Positions 27,472 to 38,982 of a stretch of 64,000 nucleotides of DNA are shown here, piece after piece. Both the position numbers and the translations under genes were made by a program. This DNA comes from Dehalococcoidia bacterium (lineage in GTDB: Bacteria; Chloroflexota; Dehalococcoidia; DSTF01; JALHUB01). The stretch covers positions 12,266 to 76,265 of the forward strand of contig JBEKKV010000004.1 in the NCBI GenBank assembly GCA_050010555.1, read 5' to 3'. The notes below the pieces were generated by a model, which had not been told where the DNA came from, made no database searches, and saw only the letters and a list, made by a program, of their open reading frames with translations. The number at the start of each line of letters is the position of its first letter. Position 1 is the first letter of the stretch.

Positions 27472-28245
27472 TTGGAGCGTGACACTATCGACGAGCAAAG
27501 CCTACGACAGCTACTCGAGTCCGTATCGAAAGGGACGACGGACATAGAAGGCGCGCTGGAGAGGCTGCGCCACCTTCCATATGAGGACATCGGCTTCGCC
27601 AAGCTGGACCACCATCGCGCCCTCCGCGACAGCCTGCCGGAGGTCGTGCTGGGCCAGGGGAAGACGGCGGAGCAGGTGGTGACGATCGCGGAGCGCCTCG
27701 CCGAGCGGGCCGGACGCCTGCTGGTGACGCGAATCGACCGCGACGTATTCGATCAAATCGTGAAAAAAGTCCCCGACGCCGTCTACCACGACATCGCACG
27801 GGCGGCGACGGTGGACCGCCATCCGACTGAGGCGCTGCCGGGCGTCTGCCTCGTCTGCGGCGGTACGGCGGACCTGCCGGTGGCGGAGGAGGCGGCGGTC
27901 ACGGCGACGCTTATGGGCAGCGGCGTCGAGCGCGTTTACGACGTGGGTGTCGCCGGGCTGCATCGTCTTCTCGACCATCTTCCGATGCTGCGCGAGGCCC
28001 GCGTGCTCGTCGTCGTCGCCGGTATGGAGGGCGCCCTTCCCAGCGTCGTCTCCGGCCTCGTCGCGATGCCGGTCATCGGCGTGCCGACGTCCGTGGGCTA
28101 TGGCGCCAGCTTCCAGGGGGTCGCGCCCCTGCTGACGATGCTGAACAGTTGCGCGCCGGGCGTCGCCGTCGTCAACATCGACAACGGCTTTGGCGCCGGC
28201 TACCTGGCGGCCGTCATTAACCGGCTCGCCCACGCCCAGGGCTGA
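27472..28245 (+). CDS. larB: Nickel pincer cofactor biosynthesis protein LarB
   Basis: FAKLDHHR, PEVV...GKT, GGTADLPVAEEA, DVGVAGLHRL, AGMEGAL, PTSVGYG, MLNSCAPG..VVNIDNGFGA. Confidence 0.93.
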   Translation: MERDTIDEQSLRQLLESVSKGTTDIEGALERLRHLPYEDIGFAKLDHHRALRDSLPEVVLGQGKTAEQVVTIAERLAERAGRLLVTRIDRDVFDQIVKKVPDAVYHDIARAATVDRHPTEALPGVCLVCGGTADLPVAEEAAVTATLMGSGVERVYDVGVAGLHRLLDHLPMLREARVLVVVAGMEGALPSVVSGLVAMPVIGVPTSVGYGASFQGVAPLLTMLNSCAPGVAVVNIDNGFGAGYLAAVINRLAHAQG

Positions 28246-28262
28246 GCGCGAAGGAGCCGAAT

Positions 28263-29456
28263 CTGACGCGCATCGCTTATCTCGACTGCTTCTCCGGCAT
28301 CAGCGGCGACATGCTGCTCGGCGCCGTCGTCGACGCCGGTCTGCCGCTGGCGACGCTACAGGCGGAGCTGGCGAAGCTGAACGTCTCCGGCTACCGGCTG
28401 ACGGCGGAACGGACGCAGCGCGCCGAGCTTGCGGCCACGAAGGTGACGGTCGAGCTTGCGCCGGACGCGCCGTCCCTTCCACGGCTCCGCGACGCGCTGG
28501 CCGTCATCGAAGGCAGCAGCCTGCCGACCGCCGACAGGGAGAAGGCATCGGCCGTTGTCCGTCGCCTCGCCGAGGCGGAGGCGCGCGTCCACGGCGTCGA
28601 AGTCGACTCCGTCGTCCTGCACGAGTTGGGCTCTGTCGACACGCTGATCGACGTCATTGGAGCGGTGGCAGGCCTACGTCTCCTGGGCGCCGAGCAGGTC
28701 TTCGCGTCTCCACTGCCCGCCGGCCGCGGCGAGGTGCGAGGCGCACACGGAGCGCTGCCGGTCCCGGCGCCTGCGACGCTGGAGCTCCTCGCGACGGCGA
28801 ATGCGCCCATCTCCGACGCCGACGAGCCGGGGGAACTCGTGACGCCGACGGGCGCGGCCATCGTCGCTACGCTGGCGAGCTTCCAGCGACCGGCGATGAC
28901 GCTCCAACGAGTCGGCTACGGCGCCGGCAGCCGCAACACGGCTGGTCGGCCCAATGTTCTCCGTCTCTGGCTGGGCGAGCCGTTGCCGGACACAGGCAAC
29001 GCCATCCTCCTCATTGAGACGAACATAGACGACATGAGCGCGGAGCTGCTGGGCTTCGTGCAGGAGCGTCTGTTCGCGGCGGGCGCGGCGGACGTGTGGT
29101 TCACGCCCATCCAGATGAAGAAGAACCGTCCGGCAATCAAGCTTTCACTGCTTTGCAGCGTCGAGCGGGAAGAGGGAGTCACGCGCATCCTGCTGGAGGA
29201 GACGTCGACGCTGGGCGTGCGGGTGCAGGAGGTGCGCCGTCACGAGGCGCAGCGCGAGACATTCGATTTCGAGTCGAGCCTTGGCCCGGCGGCTGTGAAG
29301 GTCAAGCGGCTGCCCGGACGCAAGCCGCAGGTCTCGCCGGAGTACGAAGCGTGCCGTCGCCTGGCGCTGGCGCACGGGATGCCGCTGGCGGAGGTCTACC
29401 GCATCGTCGAATCGGAAGCGCTTGCGCAGCTCGATGCAGGCGCGGCGGGGCGATAG
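28263..29456 (+). CDS. larC: Nickel pincer cofactor biosynthesis protein LarC
   Basis: IAYLDCFSGISGDMLLGA, AEA.VHG, HE.G..D, HG.LPVPAPAT, ELVTPTGAA, ETNIDD, IQMKKNRP, PEYE; probable CTG start at 28263. Confidence 0.92.
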   Translation: MTRIAYLDCFSGISGDMLLGAVVDAGLPLATLQAELAKLNVSGYRLTAERTQRAELAATKVTVELAPDAPSLPRLRDALAVIEGSSLPTADREKASAVVRRLAEAEARVHGVEVDSVVLHELGSVDTLIDVIGAVAGLRLLGAEQVFASPLPAGRGEVRGAHGALPVPAPATLELLATANAPISDADEPGELVTPTGAAIVATLASFQRPAMTLQRVGYGAGSRNTAGRPNVLRLWLGEPLPDTGNAILLIETNIDDMSAELLGFVQERLFAAGAADVWFTPIQMKKNRPAIKLSLLCSVEREEGVTRILLEETSTLGVRVQEVRRHEAQRETFDFESSLGPAAVKVKRLPGRKPQVSPEYEACRRLALAHGMPLAEVYRIVESEALAQLDAGAAGR

Positions 29457-29474
29457 CGCGGGGGTTCGTGCCAC

Positions 29475-29975
29475 CTACTGCGAGGCGGCCCAGAGTGTGA
29501 GCGACGCGGTCCCGTCGTCGTTATTCGCCAGAATGATCCAGGCAGCCGTCTTGCCGCCGTCCTTCGTCCAGGCCGCCGACAAAAGCGTTGGGTCGTCGAA
29601 GTCGCCGCCAGTGGGATGAACCTCAGTCCAACCGCTCATCTCCTCCTTGTACCAGGCGAAGACCACCAGGGCGTTATCGTTCGTGTCATACATCGTGCTG
29701 GCGGCCGTTCCGTAGACCGTCCCGCTTCCATCCGTCCCGATTACCGGGATCGCCGCGTCGGCGCCGGACCACTGGTTGCGGGTGACTTCCGTGGCCCCCG
29801 GATAGACCGGCACATCGTTCAGGGACATGCTCGCGGCGTTATCCTTCGGCGTTGCCGTCGCCTGAGAAAGAGGCGTCGCCGATTCGCTTGCCTTCTCGCT
29901 CCCACCGCAGGCGGCGAGAGACGCAGCGGCTAGGGCCAGGAGGGCAAGAAAGGCAAGACTCCAGAACCTTCGCAC
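29475..29975 (-). CDS. Lipoprotein of unknown function
   Basis: Lipobox LAAC; DVPVYPGAT and VF.WYK..MSGW motifs shared with 30236..30772. Confidence 0.8.
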   Translation of the reverse strand: MRRFWSLAFLALLALAAASLAACGGSEKASESATPLSQATATPKDNAASMSLNDVPVYPGATEVTRNQWSGADAAIPVIGTDGSGTVYGTAASTMYDTNDNALVVFAWYKEEMSGWTEVHPTGGDFDDPTLLSAAWTKDGGKTAAWIILANNDDGTASLTLWAASQ

Positions 29976-30235
29976 GAATCGTCTCCTTGCGCGCGCCGGC
30001 AGCGTCGATGTCGCCGCATTATCGTCGGAATCCTGGAGGCCGTCAATTAGAGGGGACGATTAGGTGAATGCCCGACGGCCGGACGGGGCTGCGGTGGCCG
30101 CGAAGCCCAGCCCCGTTCCTTGAGGTCAGGAAGCGCTCGCTACGATATAGACCTCTGAAGAGGAGCGGGCAACGCAATCCCAAGGGCGCGCTGCCCGCGC
30201 AGATAGCCAACTAGAGCCCAGGCTTGGGGGCGATG

Positions 30236-30772
30236 CTACTTAGAGCCGACCCAGATACTAAGCGAAGTCGTACCGCCGCTTGCCCCGACGGTTATCCAGG
30301 CAGCCTCGTTGCCGTTGTCCTTCGACCAGGCTGCAAAGGCACCGGTGTCGCTCCCGGTGCCGCCGCTGAACGATCCTTCGTCTTTCCAGCCGCTCATGTT
30401 GCTCTTGTACCAGTCGAAGACCTGCTGCGGGCCATCGTTCGTCTGGTAAATAGCGTAAGCGACGTTCGTGTAGTCTGCCGCGTTCAAATCGGAGCCAATA
30501 GCCGGTATTGACGCCGAGGAGCCGGAGTACTCGCCGCTGCTGAGCTTCGTGGCCCCGGGGTAGACAGGTACGTCGCTCAGGGAGCCGCCACCCGTGCCGC
30601 CGCTACTGGTCGACGCCGGCGCGCTTGTCGCACTGGTTGACGGCGTCGATGCCGTTTGCGCCGGCTTAGCTGTTGCAGTCGGCGACGAGCTACTGCTGCC
30701 GCCGCAAGCGACGAAAGTCCCGCTGGCAACGATTGCCAGCACCATCAACAGGCAAATCCATGACCTCTTCAC
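30236..30772 (-). CDS. Lipoprotein of unknown function (paralog)
   Basis: AAGGAGG RBS and GTG 30772; lipobox FVAC; S/T linker; DVPVYPGAT motif. Confidence 0.8.
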   Translation of the reverse strand: MKRSWICLLMVLAIVASGTFVACGGSSSSSPTATAKPAQTASTPSTSATSAPASTSSGGTGGGSLSDVPVYPGATKLSSGEYSGSSASIPAIGSDLNAADYTNVAYAIYQTNDGPQQVFDWYKSNMSGWKDEGSFSGGTGSDTGAFAAWSKDNGNEAAWITVGASGGTTSLSIWVGSK

Positions 30773-30880
30773 CAGACACCTCCTTGTGTGCAGACCGTAT
30801 AGCAAACTTAGCCTATTATCCCGCGAAAACGCCGGGCCCGTCAATTTGAGAGCGGGTTGAAGGACTGGCTGCGCGCTGAG

Positions 30881-31624
30881 CTACGCCGTCGAGAAGCCCA
30901 GGCCCTGCTCCTTCAGGCTGAGATACCGCCCCTGCCCTATCACGACGTGGTCGAGCACCTCGATATCCAGCAGCTTGCCCGCCTCCACCGCCTGCTTGGT
31001 CATGGCGATGTCGTCATTTGAGGGCGTCGGGTCGCCGGAGGGATGATTGTGGACGAGGACGACCGCCGGGCAGTTCTGACGGATCGCCTCCCGGAACACT
31101 TCCGCTATCCGGATGAGCGACGTGTTGACGCTGCCGCGGTACACCTCCGGCACACCGAGCACCTGGTTGCGCTGGTTGAGCAGTACAATGCGCAGGTGCT
31201 CTTGCTCCAGAAGGCCCATCTCGCTGAGCAACAGGTTGGCTATGTCTTCCGGCGAGCGCACCACTGCCCGCTCCTCGGGCTGCGTCGAAGAGAGGCGGCG
31301 GCCCAGCTCCAGTGCCGCTTTCAGTTGCGCCGCCTTCGCCTCGCCGAGGCCGTGCTCGTTGCACAGCTCGCCGAAGCTCACCCGCGCCAGCCCGACGAGC
31401 CCCCGATGGGACGACAGCAGCCGCGAGGCCATCGCCAGCACGCTTTCCTTGTGCGCGCCGGTGCGCAGGATTATCGCCAGGAGCTCGGCGTTGGAGAGGG
31501 CGCTGGCGCCGAAGTCGCGCAGGCGCTCGCGGGGGCGCTCCGACGACGGCAGGTCCCTGATGAGCGTGTAGTATTCGGCTTTGCGCGGCGTCCCCGCCGA
31601 CGAGAACGGCTCCTGCTCCTCCAA
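30881..31624 (-). CDS. radC: RadC (UPF0758) JAB-domain protein
   Basis: ERPRERL...[36 protein letters not shown]; TTG start after GGAGG. Confidence 0.93.
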   Translation of the reverse strand: MEEQEPFSSAGTPRKAEYYTLIRDLPSSERPRERLRDFGASALSNAELLAIILRTGAHKESVLAMASRLLSSHRGLVGLARVSFGELCNEHGLGEAKAAQLKAALELGRRLSSTQPEERAVVRSPEDIANLLLSEMGLLEQEHLRIVLLNQRNQVLGVPEVYRGSVNTSLIRIAEVFREAIRQNCPAVVLVHNHPSGDPTPSNDDIAMTKQAVEAGKLLDIEVLDHVVIGQGRYLSLKEQGLGFSTA

Positions 31625-31737
31625 CCTTACCCTCCAGGACTCGCTTCTACGCCATCGAGGAGATCGGCGTACACGCTGCGGCGGCCGGACCAGGCGGCGT
31701 CCGGCGAGCAAAGGCCCTCTTTCAAGAGATTCCCTGC

Positions 31738-32277
31738 CTACTGGGGAAGGTTCAGTATCTGTCCGGGCTGAAGAATCGGGTTCGACGGGTCGAGGCCGTT
31801 ATGGGTGGCTATCTGCCACATGAAGTCGTTGATGCCCATGCCGGTCGGCAGGTAGCGGGTCGCGATGTCGACGAGGGTGTCGCCGGGCTGCACCGTGTAA
31901 GCGATTACGCCGCCGGCCGTAGGCGTCGCCGCCGGCGAGGCGTTCGGCGATGCGTTGGGCGACGGGTTCGGCGATGCGTTGGGGGTCGGCGTGGGTCCGC
32001 CCGTCGGCGTGCGGACGATGGCGGTCGTGGCCGTCGGCTGGACGATGTTGAAGGTGGACTGGCTTGCTTCTTGCGGCGGCTTGAGGAGCAGGTAGAGGGC
32101 GACAACGGTCCCCAGGAGCAGCGCCAGCAGAGTGCCGCGATAGAGCAGGAAGGAGGGGAGCGCCCCAGCCGGCTTGAGGCAGCGCTCGCACAGCTCGTCC
32201 CCGTGCTCGTCACAGTAGAGCCTACCGCAGCGTCGGCATTCGCGCGTCGCATCCTTGTCGCAGCTAAAGCACCTCAT
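31738..32277 (-). CDS. Zn-finger, TM, PT-linker, LysM-domain protein
   Basis: N-terminal CFSC..CRRC..C.EH..CERC; hydrophobic helix; [12 protein letters not shown]...LQPGQIL.LP. Confidence 0.85.
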   Translation of the reverse strand: MRCFSCDKDATRECRRCGRLYCDEHGDELCERCLKPAGALPSFLLYRGTLLALLLGTVVALYLLLKPPQEASQSTFNIVQPTATTAIVRTPTGGPTPTPNASPNPSPNASPNASPAATPTAGGVIAYTVQPGDTLVDIATRYLPTGMGINDFMWQIATHNGLDPSNPILQPGQILNLPQ

Positions 32278-32347
32278 GCAACGGAGAATATAGCAGCTTT
32301 CCCGCTCTTTCGCTAGACGCTAGCGTTATTTTCGCTGAAGAAAATGG

Positions 32348-32776
32348 CTAGCGAAGCTCGACGGTGGCGCCAGCGTCCTTCAGCTTGTTGACCGCGACCT
32401 CTGCCTCTTCCTTGCTCACGCCCTCTTTGACGTTCGTCGGCGCGCTCTCGACGAGGTCTTTCGCCTCCTTGAGTCCAAGGGTCGTCACCTCGCGGACTGC
32501 CTTGATGACGTTGATCTTGTTGGCGCCCATGTCCTTGAGGACGACCGTGAACTCCGTCTGCTCCTCGGCTTCCTCCGCAGGGGCGGCGGCAGGCGCGGGC
32601 CCGGCGGCGGCCATCGGCGCAGCGGCCATGGCGACCGGCGCGGCGGCAACGACGCCGAACTCCTCCTCGATGCGCTTGTTCAGGTCGCGCAGCTCAAGGA
32701 TGGTCATCTCCTTGATCAGGTCGAATGCCTGGTCTACGCGGTCGCCGTCTTTCTTGGCTGTCTTTGCTACTGGCAT
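32348..32776 (-). CDS. rplL: 50S ribosomal protein L7/L12
   Basis: [28 protein letters not shown]. Confidence 0.97.
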   Translation of the reverse strand: MPVAKTAKKDGDRVDQAFDLIKEMTILELRDLNKRIEEEFGVVAAAPVAMAAAPMAAAGPAPAAAPAEEAEEQTEFTVVLKDMGANKINVIKAVREVTTLGLKEAKDLVESAPTNVKEGVSKEEAEVAVNKLKDAGATVELR

Positions 32777-32821
32777 CTGAATCTCCCTTCGAAGCGATTA
32801 CCGTTTGGATGAAATGGGTTG

Positions 32822-33379
32822 TCAGGCCTCCAACTGCTGCGCCCGCGCATCGAGGAGGCCCTGGAATTGCCGCAGGCTGGAGTTCAAGAGCTGTGGCGTC
32901 GGCTGGACAAGCGCGCCGGCCAGCAACTGCGCCAGCCGCCACACGGGCGACCGCAGCGCTCCGGCGACCTGGCCGGCGAGGACGGGGCGCGGCGGCAGCG
33001 TCGAAAGCTCGCCGAGCTCCTTGGCCGTCAGCAAGCGGCCCTCGACGAAGGCTCGACGCGGCGCGAAGGCGTTTTTCGCCGACTGCACGTACTCGGTGAC
33101 CGCCTTCGCCACCTCAACGGCGTCGCCGTAGCCGATCATGACCGCCGTTGGGCCCTCGCCGAGCTCGCCTATCTCCGGCTTTTCAGCGGCGGCGGCGGCA
33201 AGTCGAAGCAGGGTGTTCTTCGTGACCTGCACTTCGACGCCTTTGGCCCGCATCTGGCGTCGCAGCGTGGTCATTTCCGCGACCCGCAGCCCCTGATAGG
33301 CGGCGCCGATGGCGATGGTTGCGCGCGTAAGCCGCTCCGTCAGCTCTTCGACGATTCGTAACTTCTTTGGTGCCGGCAT
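32822..33379 (-). CDS. rplJ: 50S ribosomal protein L10
   Basis: YQGL.V, V.KNTL, GPTA, LSTLP; start trimmed to MPAPKK. Confidence 0.93.
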   Translation of the reverse strand: MPAPKKLRIVEELTERLTRATIAIGAAYQGLRVAEMTTLRRQMRAKGVEVQVTKNTLLRLAAAAAEKPEIGELGEGPTAVMIGYGDAVEVAKAVTEYVQSAKNAFAPRRAFVEGRLLTAKELGELSTLPPRPVLAGQVAGALRSPVWRLAQLLAGALVQPTPQLLNSSLRQFQGLLDARAQQLEA

Positions 33380-33394
33380 GTTTCCCTCCCGGGC

Positions 33395-33530
33395 AACGAA
33401 AAGGCCCTTGCCGTCACAGACAAGAGCCGAGCACATCGGGCGCCTACCAGCGGGATTTCGCCCGACCGTCATGCTTCGCCTCGGCGGGCTGCTTTAATCC
33501 GCTTTCAGGCGGAACCCGCTGTCTGTGGCG
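33395..33530 (-). promoter_or_regulatory. L10 leader (autoregulatory r-protein leader)
   Basis: CCACAGACAGCGGG...TTAA...CCCGCCGAGG matches the L10-leader pattern, between rplA and rplJ. Confidence 0.75.
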
Positions 33531-33587
33531 TATTGCTTAGTCTATGTTCAATCGGCCGCGCGGACAACACGTCCGCGTCAGGCGATG

Positions 33588-34304
33588 CTACGACGTGGTG
33601 AGAGCGAGCGTCGAGTTAAGCTCCAGCTTGATCCCCGGCCCCATCGTCGTTGCAAGAGTAATGCTGCGGATGAACTGGCCCTTGGCGCCGGCCGGCCGCG
33701 CCTTCACCAGCGTCTCGACTATCGACGCCAGGTTCTCCAGCAGCTTCTGCTCCTCGAAGCCGATCTTGCCGATGGGGACGTGGATGATGGCGCTTCGGTC
33801 CAGCCGGTATTCGACCTTTCCCTGACGGGCATCCTGCACCGCCCGCGCCACGTCCTGCGCTTCGACGACGGTGCCGGAGCGCGGGTTGGGCATGAGGCCG
33901 CGCGGCCCGAGGACTCGACCCAGGCGTCCCACCTTGCCCATCATCTCCCGCTGGGCGAGGGCAACGTCGAAGTCTGTCCAGCCGCCTTCGACCTTCTTTA
34001 TCAGCTCGTCCGCGCCGACGTAGTCGGCACCCGCCTCCTGCGCCTGCTTCTCCGCTTCGCCCTCCGCGAACACCAGCACGCGGACGGTTTTGCCCAGACC
34101 GTGCGGCAGCAGCACGGAGCCGCGGATCTGCTGGTCGGCGTGGCGAACGTCCAGCCCGGTGCGAACGTGCAGCTCCACCGTCTCGTCGAAGCGGACGTGG
34201 GCTGCCTTCTTGGCGAGCGCTATCGCCTCCGCTGGCGCGTAAGTCGCCTCGCGGTCTACGAGCGTCAGCGCCTCCTGGTGCTTCTTGCCAACCTTCGTTA
34301 CCAC
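33588..34304 (-). CDS. rplA: 50S ribosomal protein L1
   Basis: [31 protein letters not shown]. Confidence 0.98.
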   Translation of the reverse strand: MVTKVGKKHQEALTLVDREATYAPAEAIALAKKAAHVRFDETVELHVRTGLDVRHADQQIRGSVLLPHGLGKTVRVLVFAEGEAEKQAQEAGADYVGADELIKKVEGGWTDFDVALAQREMMGKVGRLGRVLGPRGLMPNPRSGTVVEAQDVARAVQDARQGKVEYRLDRSAIIHVPIGKIGFEEQKLLENLASIVETLVKARPAGAKGQFIRSITLATTMGPGIKLELNSTLALTTS

Positions 34305-34726
34305 TATTTGACCTCTATTCCCATGCTGCGGGCCGTTCCCTCGACCATGCGCATCGCCGCCTCGACGTCCGTCGCGTTCAGGTCGCGGAGCTTGACTTGG
34401 GCAATCTCGCGGACCTTATCGCGAGAGAGCTCGCCGACCTTCTCGCGCTTCTGCGCCGCGCTGCCCTTGTTGAGGCCCGTCGCCTTCTTGAGCAACTCCG
34501 ACACGGGCGGCGTCTTGAGCACATAGGTGAAGGAGCGGTCCTCGAAGACTGTGATTTCGACTGGAACGATCGTTCCCGGCTGCGAGGCCGTCTTCTCGTT
34601 ATAGTCCTTGCAGAACGACATGATGTTGACGCCGTGCTGGCCCAGAGCCGGCCCGACGGGCGGTGCGGGATTGGCCTTTCCGGCCTCAATCTGCAACTTG
34701 ACGATTGCGCGGACTTTCTTTGCCAA
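34304..34726 (-). CDS. rplK: 50S ribosomal protein L11
   Basis: [29 protein letters not shown]. Confidence 0.98.
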   Translation of the reverse strand: MAKKVRAIVKLQIEAGKANPAPPVGPALGQHGVNIMSFCKDYNEKTASQPGTIVPVEITVFEDRSFTYVLKTPPVSELLKKATGLNKGSAAQKREKVGELSRDKVREIAQVKLRDLNATDVEAAMRMVEGTARSMGIEVK

Positions 34727-34727
34727 T

Positions 34728-35369
34728 TTACAGCCTCTCCACCTGGAGGAAATCGAGCTCTACCGGGGTCTCCCGGCCGAAGAAGGAGACCAGCACGCGG
34801 ACGCGGCCCTTCTCCAGGTTTATCTCGTCGACCTGGCCGACGAAGTCCATGAACGGCCCGTCGATGACGCGAACGCTCTGGCCGATGGTGAAGCCGACCT
34901 TGACGCGCGGCTCCTCCGAGCGCATCTGGCGCACGATCTTGCGCACCTCGCTCGACTCCAGCGGCGTCGGCTTGACGCCCGAGCCGACGAAGCCGGTGAC
35001 ACCCGGCGTGTTCCGCACGACGAACCAGGCCCGGCTGGATTCCGGGTCATCGTCGCGCAACTCTATCATCTGTACCAGCACGTAGCCGGGAAACACCTTC
35101 TTCTCGACCGTGCGGCGCTGTCCGTCGCGGATCTCGATCTCGTCCTCCGTCGGCACGATCACCTGGAAGACGAGCTCTTTCGCGTCCATGGACTCGATGC
35201 GGTGCTCCAGGTTCGCCTTCACCTTGTTCTCGTAACCCGAGTAGGTGTGGATGACGTACCAGGCACGGCCCTCGACCGGCGCGGCTATGTCTTCCTCGGC
35301 GGCCTGCGCTTCCGCCTGCGCTTCTTTCTTTTCTGCGTCTATTACTGCTGTCTTCTTTTTCCTCGGCAC
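34728..35369 (-). CDS. nusG: Transcription termination/antitermination factor NusG
   Basis: [33 protein letters not shown] domain FGRETPVEL. Confidence 0.97.
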   Translation of the reverse strand: MPRKKKTAVIDAEKKEAQAEAQAAEEDIAAPVEGRAWYVIHTYSGYENKVKANLEHRIESMDAKELVFQVIVPTEDEIEIRDGQRRTVEKKVFPGYVLVQMIELRDDDPESSRAWFVVRNTPGVTGFVGSGVKPTPLESSEVRKIVRQMRSEEPRVKVGFTIGQSVRVIDGPFMDFVGQVDEINLEKGRVRVLVSFFGRETPVELDFLQVERL

Positions 35370-35380
35370 TTTAGTCCCCG

Positions 35381-35683
35381 TCAGCGTAATATCGTAGCAT
35401 TCATGAACCAGTTGAACAGGACGTCGATTCCGCCGAGCAGCCCGCCGATGGCCGCGGACACGACGATGACGAGGATCGTGAGGTTCACGGTCTCGCGACG
35501 CGTCGGCCAGGTGACCTTGCGCAGCTCACTGATGATGTCATCGGCCCAGCGCGGAAGGAAGCGGCGCCAGCCCTTGCGGGTGCGCGTAGGCGCGCCGCCC
35601 TTCGGGGGCCCTGACGCTCGCAGCGAAGGCGCCTTTTTCGATGGCTTGCTAACGGCGGGATGCCGTCTAAGCGCACGACTCAT
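35381..35683 (-). CDS. secE: Preprotein translocase subunit SecE
   Basis: ELRKVTWPTRRE plus C-terminal TM helix; synteny. Confidence 0.93.
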   Translation of the reverse strand: MSRALRRHPAVSKPSKKAPSLRASGPPKGGAPTRTRKGWRRFLPRWADDIISELRKVTWPTRRETVNLTILVIVVSAAIGGLLGGIDVLFNWFMNATILR

Positions 35684-35739
35684 TATCTTCGCCTCCCACG
35701 CCCTTCGCCCCGTACCGCTCGCATCCGACCGACACCGAC

Positions 35740-35904
35740 TTACCTGACCTCACGGTGCGCGCGGTGACAGCGGCAGCGCGGGCAGTACTTGCGCAGCTCG
35801 ATACGTTCGGAGTCGTTGCGCCGGTTCTTCTCGGTTACGTAGTTCCGCTCCCGGCACTCTGAGCATGCCAGGGTGATGATCGCTCGTTCTTCTTTCTTCG
35901 CCAT
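35740..35904 (-). CDS. rpmG: 50S ribosomal protein L33 (Zn-binding C+ form; not in ORF track)
   Basis: [54 protein letters not shown]. Confidence 0.95.
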   Translation of the reverse strand: MAKKEERAIITLACSECRERNYVTEKNRRNDSERIELRKYCPRCRCHRAHREVR

Positions 35905-35943
35905 CTAGCTCTCGACCAGCTTCGGGCCGGCCCCTCTCTCTTC

Positions 35944-37143
<1,200 letters not shown>

Positions 37144-37166
37144 GTCGCTTTGTTCCTCCTAGATTA

Positions 37167-37242
37167 TGGAGCCCACACTCGGACTCGAACCGAGGACCCC
37201 GTTCTTACCAAGAACGTGCTCTACCTGCTGAGCTATGTGGGC
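37167..37242 (-). tRNA. tRNA-Thr(GGT)
   Basis: GCCCACATAGCTCAG...TTGGTAA...GGTTCGAGTCC...CTCCA cloverleaf with encoded CCA. Confidence 0.95.
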
Positions 37243-37335
37243 ACCTGAACTACGGCGGCTTGCGCGGCGATCCTGCCTCCCTGCCGCCCCCTGGTCCGGT
37301 GCTTCGTTCTTCGGTTTCCCGTCTGAGCCTTCGAG

Positions 37336-37423
37336 TGGTGGAGGGGGCAGGATTCGAACCTGCGTAGCCTGTCAAGGCAGCGATTTTACAGACCGCCGGT
37401 TTTAGCCGCTCACCCACCCCTCC
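37336..37423 (-). tRNA. tRNA-Tyr(GTA)
   Basis: GGAGGGG...CTGTAAA, long variable arm, GGTTCGAATCC...CCA. Confidence 0.95.
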
Positions 37424-37436
37424 GCCTGCATCAAGC

Positions 37437-37512
37437 TGGAGCCCGAGGGGGGATTCGAACCCACCAACCTACCGATTACAAGTCGGTTGCGCTACCATTG
37501 CGCCACTCGGGC
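37437..37512 (-). tRNA. tRNA-Thr(TGT)
   Basis: GCCCGAG...CTTGTAA...GGTTCGAATCC...CTCCA. Confidence 0.95.
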
Positions 37513-37595
37513 TTGCTGCGCTCCACCCAAGGGCCCAATCCCTTTCGGGCGTAACAAAAGTAGGCCCCCGACAATCGGGGCTCTTAGCATACGTA

Positions 37596-37624
37596 AGTAT
37601 AGGGATTGCCCCGCCCTAAGTCAA
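37596..37624 (-). promoter_or_regulatory. Sigma70 promoter of the tRNA-tuf operon
   Basis: TTGACT-N17-TATACT. Confidence 0.7.
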
Positions 37625-38982
37625 TCCTTGCGCTTCCAGGTTGTGCCCTCGCGGCCGTCCTCAAGCACGATGCCCAGCGCTTCCAGGCGGCTGCGGACCT
37701 CGTCCGCCAGAGCGAACTGCTTAGCTTGTCGAAGGCCTTCGCGCGTCTCGATGAGCAGCTCGATGAACGGCGCGGCGGAAACGGCGGTCTCCCCTTCTTC
37801 CAGCGTCAGCCCGAAGATGCCCGCCAGCTCCAGTAGCGTCGCCTGGGCCTCCCGAATGCTCCGACCTTCGTCGCGGGCTCGGTTGATCTCGCGCGCCAGG
37901 TCGAACAGCGCGGCCAGCGCCTGGGCCGTGTTGAGATCGTTCTCCATCTGCTCGACGAAGCGCTCCCGGAACGGCGCCGCGTCCAGCGACTCGCCGCCGT
38001 CCGGCGAGGGCGCATGCGCCGCCGTCCGGAGCCGTTCGACGCCGCGCTTGGCCGCTGTCAGCGCCTCGTCTGCGTAGGTGAGCGGGCTGCGATAGTTGGA
38101 GCTGAGGATGAACAGGCGCAGCGTGTCGGCGCCGTGCTGGTCGAGGGCGTCGGTGATGGCGACGAGGTTGCCCAGCGAGCGCGTCATCTTCTCCTCGCCG
38201 TCGCTCAGGCGGGCGAGACCGTTGTGCACCCAGAAGCGCACGAACGGCTTGATCCCGGTGTAGCACTCCGATTGCGCCAGCTCGTTCTCGTGATGGGGGA
38301 AGATGAGGTCCTGGCCGCCGCCGTGGATGTCCAGCCGCCCCAGGTAGCGCAGCGACATGACGGAGCACTCGATGTGCCAGCCCGGCCGGCCCGGCCCCCA
38401 CGGGCTCTCCCAGGAAGGCTCACCTTCTTTCGAAGCCTTCCACAGGGCGAAGTCCATCGGGTGCTCCTTGCGCTCGTCGACTTCGATACGTGCGCCCGCC
38501 TGCAGGTCGTCCAGCGAGCGCCCGGAAAGCTTGCCGTACTCCGGATCGCTCCGGACGCGGAAATAGACATCGCCGTCGACGGGATAGGCGTGCCCCTTGG
38601 CGATGAGTCCCTGGATCATCTCGATCATGCCGGGTATCTCGTGCGTCGCCAGCGGGTAGACGTGCGCCCTCTGGATGCGAAGCCGGTCCATGTCGGCGAA
38701 GAAGCGGTCGACGTACTGCCGCGATAGCTCTTCCGTGGAGACGCCCGTCGCCTGCGCCCGCGCGATGATCTTGTCCTCGATGTCGGTGAAGTTCTGGACG
38801 TGGCGCACCTTGTAGCCGCGCCACTCCAGGTAGCGGCGCAACACGTCGAACACGACGTAGCTCATGGCGTGCCCGACGTGGCAGGGCGCGTACAGGTTGG
38901 GCCCGCAGACGTACATCTTCACCGTGTCGTCGGAGGGCGCGAACTCGTCTTCCGTCCGCGTCAGCGTGTTGTACAGCCTCAT
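37621..38982 (-). CDS. cysS: Cysteinyl-tRNA synthetase
   Basis: [58 protein letters not shown]. Confidence 0.98.
   Translation of the reverse strand: MRLYNTLTRTEDEFAPSDDTVKMYVCGPNLYAPCHVGHAMSYVVFDVLRRYLEWRGYKVRHVQNFTDIEDKIIARAQATGVSTEELSRQYVDRFFADMDRLRIQRAHVYPLATHEIPGMIEMIQGLIAKGHAYPVDGDVYFRVRSDPEYGKLSGRSLDDLQAGARIEVDERKEHPMDFALWKASKEGEPSWESPWGPGRPGWHIECSVMSLRYLGRLDIHGGGQDLIFPHHENELAQSECYTGIKPFVRFWVHNGLARLSDGEEKMTRSLGNLVAITDALDQHGADTLRLFILSSNYRSPLTYADEALTAAKRGVERLRTAAHAPSPDGGESLDAAPFRERFVEQMENDLNTAQALAALFDLAREINRARDEGRSIREAQATLLELAGIFGLTLEEGETAVSAAPFIELLIETREGLRQAKQFALADEVRSRLEALGIVLEDGREGTTWKRKD

Noticed and set aside
30881-31624. radC as a mobile-element marker
   Set aside because: Full-length chromosomal type with N-terminal HhH; no integrase or att sites nearby
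37243-37335. Degenerate tRNA-Gly
   Set aside because: No T-arm GTTCRA or acceptor stem
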